Below, piece by piece: positions 30,497 through 38,700 of a stretch of 64,000 nt of DNA. The notes under the pieces are model-generated. The model saw only the letters and a list, made by a program, of their open reading frames with translations, did not search any database and had not been told where the DNA came from. The stretch is from NCBI GenBank assembly GCA_903872185.1, contig CAIQJL010000264.1:38-64037 (forward strand), read 5' to 3'. This DNA comes from an uncultured Bacteroidota bacterium. Its GTDB lineage: Bacteria; Bacteroidota; Bacteroidia; Bacteroidales; GWA2-32-17. Each line of letters begins with the position of its first letter. Positions within the stretch are counted from its first letter, which is position 1. The position numbers were made by a program, and so were the translations under genes.

Positions 30497-31048
30497 CTAA
30501 ATTATATTAATTTTCAAAACGTAAAATAAAAGTTTTTCATTAACAGGTAAAAATTCGTATTCCATTTTAGTGCCTGTTTTGCGTGCCATGTCTATCATAC
30601 CAAGGCCCCCACCACCTTTTTCAGAGAACTCTTCATTGTTAAGAATTAATTTATAAAGTGCTTTTAATTCATCTTTTGATAAAGAATTTATCTGATTTAT
30701 TCTATCGCTAATCATTTGCTGCTTCTCTTTTAAGATATAATTACCAGTTATAACCTTAATTGAGCTCTCGAAATAGGATAAATAACACACTCCAAATTTT
30801 GGTTTTCCTTCTTCCAATTCTAATGCATGATGAAAAAGATTCTGAACACATTCTACAAACACATGAATAGTCGCTTTTCTTAACAACTCTATTGAAGGAG
30901 TTGTAGAAAAAATATTTTCAGTTTTTTCAATTAAATCGGTAATAACAGCCGAAGTAATTTCTCCATTAAACGACTGCAATACTTTACCTTGCTGCCCTGC
31001 ATCAAGCCATTCATTAATATCAAAAACTGAATTTGAATAATCAACCAC
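30497..31048 (-). CDS. SiaB-like protein kinase (DUF6272, GHKL/RsbW-like)
   Basis: 183-aa ORF. VFVECVQNLFHHA N-box-like helix and C-terminal SEKGGGGLGMIDMARKTG ATP-lid block. Lies directly upstream of the DUF1987 gene. Confidence 0.7.
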   Translation of the reverse strand: MVDYSNSVFDINEWLDAGQQGKVLQSFNGEITSAVITDLIEKTENIFSTTPSIELLRKATIHVFVECVQNLFHHALELEEGKPKFGVCYLSYFESSIKVITGNYILKEKQQMISDRINQINSLSKDELKALYKLILNNEEFSEKGGGGLGMIDMARKTGTKMEYEFLPVNEKLLFYVLKINII

Positions 31049-31121
31049 CTATAAAAATATTTTATTAACTCAAAACTATTAAATTAAATGTAAATAAAAG
31101 CATTATTGTTATTAATTTTTA

Positions 31122-31595
31122 TTAATATTCAAATTTTCTTCCAGTCATTTTATCAATAGGTATCTTTATTATATGAATATTATTAACCGATGGAGTTGAA
31201 AATTCAAAATTCAAATCAGAATAATTCTTCATAAAGATTTTAAGCCCATCTACTTTCTTGTTATAATCTGAAATAAACTCTGCTTTACCCCACACAATAA
31301 CGCTTCTATACCTCATTCTCCAACTACAGGCAACTTCTTCATGCCTAGCAAATAAATCATGATCAGCATCAAATTCAATACATACCTGATTGTTTTTATT
31401 TAAAACATCAATTTTATACCCTTCCTTAGCACAATGCAAATAAACAGATTCTCCATCGAAACCAAAATTAAATGCTAGAACATAAGGTTTATCACCATCT
31501 ACGAACCCCACATGGCATACTTTACATTTACTAATTACTTCCAATAATTCAGGCTGTAATGTTATGTCTTTTATTGATTTATCTCTAATATGCAT
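31122..31595 (-). CDS. pyridoxamine 5'-phosphate oxidase family FMN-binding protein (NimA-like split-barrel)
   Basis: 157-aa ORF. The pattern CKVCHVGFVDGDKPYVLAFNFGFDGESVYLHCAKEGYKIDVL is typical of the Pyridox_ox_2 family. Confidence 0.8.
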   Translation of the reverse strand: MHIRDKSIKDITLQPELLEVISKCKVCHVGFVDGDKPYVLAFNFGFDGESVYLHCAKEGYKIDVLNKNNQVCIEFDADHDLFARHEEVACSWRMRYRSVIVWGKAEFISDYNKKVDGLKIFMKNYSDLNFEFSTPSVNNIHIIKIPIDKMTGRKFEY

Positions 31596-31617
31596 GATAA
31601 AAATTTTACATAAAGAT

Positions 31618-31649
31618 AAAAAAAAGGTTGGTTATTATATAACCAACCT
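31618..31649 (-). terminator. rho-independent terminator after the TetR gene
   Basis: 11-bp stem aggttggttat/ataaccaacct. The A8 on the plus strand is a T8 after the hairpin on the minus strand. Confidence 0.75.
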
Positions 31650-31671
31650 AATCAAAACACACTACACTAAA

Positions 31672-32262
31672 TCAATTTCTCTTAATTAATCCAAAACATA
31701 TCAAATTGAATAGACTTTCAATATTTTTTTCAAAATCATGATTCCTATTCTGAACAAAGAACGGAATTTCTAATCCCTTCAAAGCAGTTAAAATTGTTAT
31801 TGCAGAATTTTCAACATCCTTTAATTCAAAATACTCTTGCTTTATACCATCATAAAGTATTTGCTTGACCAACTCTAATTCAGCTTTGTCATACGTTAGC
31901 CTCGTTTGGTTCATAAACTGCAAATTATCTAAAACCTCACTTTTCATTGCCTCATAAAATATTGATACCTTTAATAAGGTATTCATTCTAGTAAAAAAAT
32001 AAGCTTTTAACTTTTCAACTGGATTAGAACTACTATTTACTGCTTCACTAATTGCATTGGCCAATTCATTAGCTTCTTTTTCAATAACAGCTTTAAAAAC
32101 ATCTTCTTTATTTTTAAAATAATAGTATAATCCGGTCTTGCCTTTTCCCACTGCAACAGCAATGTCATCCATTGTTGCTTTTTTATATCCAAATTTTCCA
32201 AAAACAATAATAGCAGACCTAATTATATTTTCCCGCGTTTTTTCTTTACTATTCTCGTCCAT
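31672..32262 (-). CDS. TetR/AcrR family transcriptional regulator
   Basis: 196-aa ORF. N-terminal HTH IIRSAIIVFGKFGYKKATMDDIAVAVGKGKTGLYYYFKNKEDVF. Confidence 0.9.
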   Translation of the reverse strand: MDENSKEKTRENIIRSAIIVFGKFGYKKATMDDIAVAVGKGKTGLYYYFKNKEDVFKAVIEKEANELANAISEAVNSSSNPVEKLKAYFFTRMNTLLKVSIFYEAMKSEVLDNLQFMNQTRLTYDKAELELVKQILYDGIKQEYFELKDVENSAITILTALKGLEIPFFVQNRNHDFEKNIESLFNLICFGLIKRN

Positions 32263-32287
32263 AAAAAATGCACTTATATAAAAACTC

Positions 32288-33475
32288 TTATTTCTTAATT
32301 AATTTCTTAGTAGCCTTATTTCGCTTTCCATTTAATGAAATAAAATAACTTCCTGAATCTAAATCAGAAAGATTTAAACTTTCTTTTGATGAATTAATTT
32401 TTTTAGACAATATTTTTCTTCCTGTTATATCAGTAATTGTTATTTGAACTGGTAGCTCAGTACTTTCTAATTCTAATTCCACATAGCTCTCAACAGGGTT
32501 TGGGTTGAAACGAAATTTATTCTCATTTAAATATTGCAAATCAGATTCAGAAGCAGAGCAACTTCTTAAATAAGTGGTACTTGTACTTGATGTTAATCTA
32601 TTCATAAATAAAATACCAGCAGCTACATTATTTTTTAACATATTATCAAGGTATGGCAAAAGCAATGAGAGCACTATTGCATGTTGTTCATCTCTGGTAA
32701 TAGTTGGTGCAGGCGAACAAGTTGTTTCACCAAAATTGCAATTAAAATTTGACTCAGCAAACTGACAATGACTGCCACCAATAACGCTAATAAATGTTTT
32801 ACATTGCGAACCAAGCGCGTTATATAATGGAACTTGATTGTCAACAGGAACTGCAACACAGTCATTAGCTCCCGAAAAAACAATAGCAGGAACAGTAACT
32901 AAAGGCGCATAAACTGCAATTGCATCAGGTGAATTACTATTTGACATTCCAAAAGAAACAGTAGTGGTTATGTTTGTATTGTTAGATGAAGCAATAACCG
33001 AACCTTTACCCCCCATCGAGTGACCTAGTATAGCAGAAGTTAATGCTATTTTCTGATAAAAAAATGAAGTGTTTAAATTTCCTTCACTTTGCATTTTTGT
33101 TACAGCAAAAGCTAAATCTAGTCCGAATGTTAAATGATTTGGAGTTGGAATAATCGATCCTTCTGTAGTTGGAAAAACCATTATATATCCCTTTGGCACT
33201 ATAGAATCCCAGTAGCTTTGATAAGCATCATAGCCCATTACAAAGCCATGCCCAAAGATAATTAGCGGAAACTGACCTGTTGCAATTGGAGTGCTTTCAC
33301 CTGCAGTATTTGATGGATAATAAATTTCACAAGGAACACTTCTGTTACTTCTAGCTGGATCAGTATACGTAATTTGCTTATGTCCAATCGCATAAATTTG
33401 TGAATAACTCTGTATTGTTTGTGTAAAAAAAACAATTAACATAAAACCTGAAAGAAGTTTAGCTTTGTTTTTCAT
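32288..33475 (-). CDS. secreted alpha/beta hydrolase (dienelactone hydrolase/cutinase/PETase-like) with T9SS type A C-terminal sorting domain
   Basis: 395-aa ORF with signal peptide. Nucleophile elbow GHSMGG, Asp block SGANDCVAVP, His block GGSHCQF, colinear with cutinase-like polyesterases. C-terminal NPNPVESYVELE...ITITDITGRKI...GSYFISL Por tail. Confidence 0.8.
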   Translation of the reverse strand: MKNKAKLLSGFMLIVFFTQTIQSYSQIYAIGHKQITYTDPARSNRSVPCEIYYPSNTAGESTPIATGQFPLIIFGHGFVMGYDAYQSYWDSIVPKGYIMVFPTTEGSIIPTPNHLTFGLDLAFAVTKMQSEGNLNTSFFYQKIALTSAILGHSMGGKGSVIASSNNTNITTTVSFGMSNSNSPDAIAVYAPLVTVPAIVFSGANDCVAVPVDNQVPLYNALGSQCKTFISVIGGSHCQFAESNFNCNFGETTCSPAPTITRDEQHAIVLSLLLPYLDNMLKNNVAAGILFMNRLTSSTSTTYLRSCSASESDLQYLNENKFRFNPNPVESYVELELESTELPVQITITDITGRKILSKKINSSKESLNLSDLDSGSYFISLNGKRNKATKKLIKK

Positions 33476-33581
33476 TTTTAGTATTTTTTAGTTTGAACAT
33501 TTTAACAATCCTGCTCAAAGTTAAAATAATTTTCAACAAAAACTATAACAATTAACTTAAATAAAAAAAAGAAATATTTTT

Positions 33582-34484
33582 TTACCGATTAGGATTCATT
33601 CTAGAATTAGCAGCAACATTTTCTGTTATCCACATGTTTCCACCAATAATTGAATTTGCACCAATACAAATTCTTCCTAAAATTGTTGCTTCTGCATAAA
33701 TAACTACGTTATCTTCAACAATGGGATGACGAGGAATTCCCTTAATTGGATTTCCATTTTCATCAAGTGGAAAACTTTTTGCGCCTAAGGTAACGCCTTG
33801 ATAAATTTTAACATTATTTCCGATAACACAAGTTTCTCCAATTACAACACCAGTTCCATGATCAATAGCAAAATAATTTCCAATAGTTGCTCCTGGGTGA
33901 ATATCTATTCCTGTTTCAGAGTGAGCAAGTTCAGAAATGATTCGTGGTATTAATGACACTTCAAGTTGCAACAATTCATGAGCTATTCTATAATTTGTAA
34001 TTGCTCTAATTGCTGGATAGCAATATATTATTTCGCCAAAACTTTTAGCTGCAGGGTCACCATCATACATTGCTTTAACATCAGTAGAAAGTGTTTCTCT
34101 TATTTTTGGCAATAATGAAATAAATTTCACAGATAAATCCTCAGCTTTTTCTTCACAAACTTTACAATTATTTGAAACCTCTTGATCACAATCAAAGCAC
34201 ATTCCTCTATAAATTTGCTCTGTTAATAATTTGTGAACCTTGTCGATATTTACACCTGTATAAAAACCAATATTTGCAGCATTTATATTTGAAGTCCCAA
34301 AATATCCTGGAAAAATTATCTGACGAAGCGTACTTACTATTTCAGATAATGCATTTGAATCTGGCATGGGTTTGCCATGTAATGGTATTTTATAAACAGC
34401 TTTGTATGACTCGGGCAATGATAATATTGCTGAAGTTTCTAATAAAATTTCGTTTACACTTACTTTAACTTCCTTCTTTTCCAC
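33582..34484 (-). CDS. cysE: serine O-acetyltransferase
   Basis: 300-aa ORF. Left-handed beta-helix hexapeptide repeats (GIDIHPGATIG, GTGVVIGETCVIGNNVKIYQGVTLG) preceded by a SATase N-terminal helical region. Confidence 0.85.
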   Translation of the reverse strand: MEKKEVKVSVNEILLETSAILSLPESYKAVYKIPLHGKPMPDSNALSEIVSTLRQIIFPGYFGTSNINAANIGFYTGVNIDKVHKLLTEQIYRGMCFDCDQEVSNNCKVCEEKAEDLSVKFISLLPKIRETLSTDVKAMYDGDPAAKSFGEIIYCYPAIRAITNYRIAHELLQLEVSLIPRIISELAHSETGIDIHPGATIGNYFAIDHGTGVVIGETCVIGNNVKIYQGVTLGAKSFPLDENGNPIKGIPRHPIVEDNVVIYAEATILGRICIGANSIIGGNMWITENVAANSRMNPNR

Positions 34485-34493
34485 AATAAATTT

Positions 34494-34748
34494 TTAATTT
34501 AAATTATTCTCTCTAAGTATTTTCATGGCCACTTCTAAAATAGTAGTGTCATCTAAAAGAACGATTCCTCCATCAGGTCCTCTTTCTGTATGAATACCAA
34601 CTATCTCTCCTTTTTCATAATCAGTTCCTCCAAAATAGTTACGAACAGTCTCTAAACTAATATCAAGAGTATTAGCTATTAATTGCATACTTCCGTTTGG
34701 CAAACGATCTTTTATTCGCCTTAATTCATTAAATGAAATGGTTTTCAC
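34494..34748 (-). CDS. small putative HTH DNA-binding protein
   Basis: 84-aa ORF, 9 bp upstream of cysE. MQLIANTLDISLETVRNYF resembles a helix-turn-helix. Confidence 0.45.
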   Translation of the reverse strand: MKTISFNELRRIKDRLPNGSMQLIANTLDISLETVRNYFGGTDYEKGEIVGIHTERGPDGGIVLLDDTTILEVAMKILRENNLN

Positions 34749-34907
34749 TTTCTTTGGTTTAAGTTTTTAAAAGTAGTAATTTTTTTATTCTATATTTTCA
34801 TACAGAATTATTTTACAGACGAGTATTTTTACAAAAAGGATGTTTAAAAGTTGCAGATTGCTTTACTTTATTTATTTTTATCTTTATGCTCGCAGAAAAA
34901 ATAACAA

Positions 34908-35744
34908 ATGAAATATATAGAAGTATCCTTTATTATAAAACCTTATTTACAAGAAAATGAGGATTTACTAATTGCAATCTTAAGCGAAAACCAATACGAT
35001 TCCTTTTGGCAAACCGAAAATGAATTAAAAGCATACATAGAAGAAAATTTATTTTCAATAGAAAATTTGCAAAGTATTTGTAATTCACTTCAAAACATTT
35101 TTACAGTTGAAACAACTATTAATTCATTGCCCGAAAAAAACTGGAATGAAGAATGGGAAAAATCTTATCCTTTTACAATTATTTCGGAACGTTGTTTAAT
35201 AAGAGCTCCATTTCATAAAGACACACCCAAAACCGAATTTGAAATAATTATTGAACCAAAAATGTCATTTGGAACGGGTCATCATTCAACTACTTCTTTA
35301 ATGGTTGAGTTAATTCTAAATATGGAAATTGCAAATAAAAACATTCTAGATATGGGTTGTGGAACTGGAATATTAGCAATTATTTCCTCATTAAAAAATG
35401 CAAAAAAAATTACTGCCATTGATTTTGATGAATGGGCTTACGAAAACTCAATTGAAAACTCTAAAAAAAATAAATGCACAAATATTGAAATCATAAAAGG
35501 AACAGCTGCTGAAATACCTCACGAAAGCTATGACATAATTTTAGCAAATATTAACAGGAATGTTTTACTAGAAGATATTGGCACATACTTTAAACATCTT
35601 AACCAAAATAGCAATCTTGTTATTAGCGGCTTTTTGCAATCAGACATTGAAATTATATGGAAAAAAGCCGAAGAGTTTAAATTATTACCAATAAAAGTCG
35701 TTACTAAAAATAATTGGGTTGCAGCCATTTTTGAAAAATCTTAA
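34908..35744 (+). CDS. prmA: ribosomal protein L11 methyltransferase
   Basis: 278-aa ORF. Blocks FGTGHHSTT and SAM motif I LDMGCGTGILAI. Confidence 0.9.
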   Translation: MKYIEVSFIIKPYLQENEDLLIAILSENQYDSFWQTENELKAYIEENLFSIENLQSICNSLQNIFTVETTINSLPEKNWNEEWEKSYPFTIISERCLIRAPFHKDTPKTEFEIIIEPKMSFGTGHHSTTSLMVELILNMEIANKNILDMGCGTGILAIISSLKNAKKITAIDFDEWAYENSIENSKKNKCTNIEIIKGTAAEIPHESYDIILANINRNVLLEDIGTYFKHLNQNSNLVISGFLQSDIEIIWKKAEEFKLLPIKVVTKNNWVAAIFEKS

Positions 35745-35745
35745 A

Positions 35746-38700
35746 ATGAAATTTAATAACATGCAGAAAATATTCTTTATTGTTTTATTTGCCGGATTAC
35801 TTTTTAATATAAATAAAGTAACTGCTCAGCAATTAAAAAACTTCAGAAGCGACTTCCCAGGTTATCTTGCAGATATGAAAGATTTACTTGAGGCAAAAGA
35901 TAAAAAAGAAGGCAAAGATTTAATGGAAATTTTTACATTGTCATTTAATGGTCCATATTTTAATGAAAATGAAAAGAAAAGTATAATTCAAACTTCAAAC
36001 GAATTACTAAAAAAACGAGCTTTGGCATTTCCACATTTTCAAGAATATTTACAAAGCCTGATAGCTTTTAGCAATAATAATCACCCAAAATCAAGTTACG
36101 AAAACTGGGAAAAAGGACTTATTTTTTTATGTCAAAAGAAAACCATAACACTTAATGCGATTGATTTATTTTTAGAAAATTCGGCTGGATTAATTGGCAA
36201 AGGGAATATTTACAAGTCACTCACAACAAAATGGAAAACAAATACAAAAGATATTAATTTCTATTTTGATGGCGAAAATATTATTGTTGCAATTGGCCCA
36301 TCAGACATAACCTGTTATGCAAAAAAAGACAGTACAAATATTTATAACACTCAAGGAATTTTTAACGCATTAACTAGAAAATGGAAAGGTCAAGGCGGTA
36401 AATTAACTTGGGAAAGAGCTGGGTTTAAAGAGAATGAAGTTTTTGCAAATTTTCAAAATTACAGTATTGACTTAACAAAATCTGCCTTTGAAGCTGACTC
36501 GGTTGTATTTGTGAATACAAGATATTTTAAGGAGCCACTGTTAGGTAAATTACGTGAAAAAGTAATGGCAGATGCCGATTCTACAAATGCAAATTACCCG
36601 CAATTTATTTCATATTCTAAAAGGTATAAAATAAATAACATTTATCCCGGAATGAACTACGATGGCGGTTTTACTATGAAAGGGGCTAAATTCATTGGTG
36701 AAGGTACCGATGAAGATCTTGCGATGATTAAAATTTCAAGAAATGACACACTTTTCTTTATTGCAGCAACAAAAACCTTTGTATTTAACACAGATGGAAT
36801 TATTGGACAAAATGCTGCTATTACATTTAGATTAGACACAGATTCTATTTTTCATCCTGGTCTGTTGTTTAAATATAGTGCAGAACGAAAAGAAGTGTCG
36901 TTAATCAGAAACGATGAAGGCATGTCAAGAAGTCCTTATTTCGATACATATCATAATTTGGAACTTGACTTTCCTTATTTAACATGGAAAATTGGAGATC
37001 CTAAAATTAATTTTAAGCCAATACCTAAAACAACTAACAAAATAGCAAAATTCGAATCAATTGATTTTTTTAGCAGAAATAGATTTCTTGAATTACAAGG
37101 AATGGATTTAGTTAACCCTCTTCAAAACCTAAAAAATTTCAGCAAAAAAATAAATTCAAGAAAATTTACCGACACACAATTTGCAGATTTCATAAGAGCC
37201 TCAATGCCTGCCACAAAACAATACCTATTAAGCTTAGCATTTAAAGGGTTTATATCATACTCTATACAATCAGGTGAGGTAACTGTAGTAGAAAAAACTT
37301 TCAATTATTTAAAATGCAGTGTTGGTCAACGAGATTATGATGCTATTAGCTTCCTTTCAACGGTTGAAGAAAACGACAATAATGCAATGCTTAGCCTACT
37401 CGATTTTAATTTAAAAATGAAAGGAGTTCAGGAAATTTACCTCTCTGATTCCCAGAGTGTTGCTATTTTTCCAAAGGATCAGGAAATTACTATTAAAAAG
37501 AATCGTGATTTTGTTTTTGATGGAAAAGTAAGAGCAGGTTTGTTTTTATTTATAGGATCTAATTTCTCATTCAGTTATAATAGTTTTAAACTTAATTTAA
37601 CCGATGTTAAAACAATAAAAATGCGAGTTCGTATTGATGAGCTTGACCAATATGGAGCCCCTATTGATAAGGATTTGATAAGTATAATAGAAAACTCAAC
37701 TGGAGAATTATTAATTGATGATATAACGAATAAATCAGGTATTAAAAAATTTCCAAAATTTCCTGTTTTTAATAGCAAAAAAGATTCTTATGTTTTTTAT
37801 GATAGTAAGTCTATACAAACAGGAGTTTATAAACGAGATAATTTTTATTTTCAAATTTATCCATATTCAATTGATAGCATAGGAATTTTAACTAAAAAGA
37901 ATTTACTTTTTAAGGGGCACTTTGTTTCTGCAGGTATTTTTCCACCTTTTGATGAAACAATTAGCGTACAACCCGACTACTCTCTAGGTTTCAAAAGAAA
38001 TACCCCAACTGAAGGTTTTCAGGCATATGGCGGAAAAGGAAATTATAAAAAAGAAATTTTTCTTAGCAACAAAGGATTAAGAGGTGATGGCGAACTTAAA
38101 TTTTTAACTGCAAAAGCGAATTCAGATAATTTTCTGTTCTTTCCTGATTCTATGAATACAACCGCTAAGATCTTTGAAATTGAGAAACAAGCTAAGGGTG
38201 TTGAATATGCTGCTGTTAAAGGCGAAAACATATACATACACTGGATGCCGAACAACGATAGAATGTTTGTTTCAAATACTACAAAGCCTTTCGACATGTA
38301 TGACAATCAGGCAACTTTCACTGGAACTTTGCAAATTGAACCAACTGGATTATCGGGTTGGGGGAAACTTGAGTTTTCAACTGCTCAGCTAACTTCAAAA
38401 ATGTTTAACTTTAAAGAGCATATTGTTGACGCAGATACTTCCAACTTTAACCTAAAAACTGCAGACATGAATGATTTTGCATTTAAAACTAACAATGTAA
38501 ATTCTCATATAGATTTTAAAGAACGTAAAGGTGAATTTCAATCTAACGGCGAAGCTTCTTTTGTAGAATTTCCTCAAAATCAGTACATATGTTTTATGGA
38601 TCAATTTACTTGGTTTATGGATAAAGATGAAATTGAAATGAGCGCAAGTAAAAAAGCTTTATCAAAACTACCAGAGAATAAAGAAAACATGAGTCCAACC

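Noticed and set aside
34172-34468. Other antisense or alternative-frame ORFs of 60-110 aa (e.g. 3139-3345, 9537-9755, 17195-17416, 26673-26864, 27625-27873, 34172-34468, 43016-43342, 48217-48507, 61250-61534, 63497-63679)
   Set aside because: Each lies entirely inside a longer ORF with strong family motifs on the other strand or frame. None has a recognisable motif or signal.
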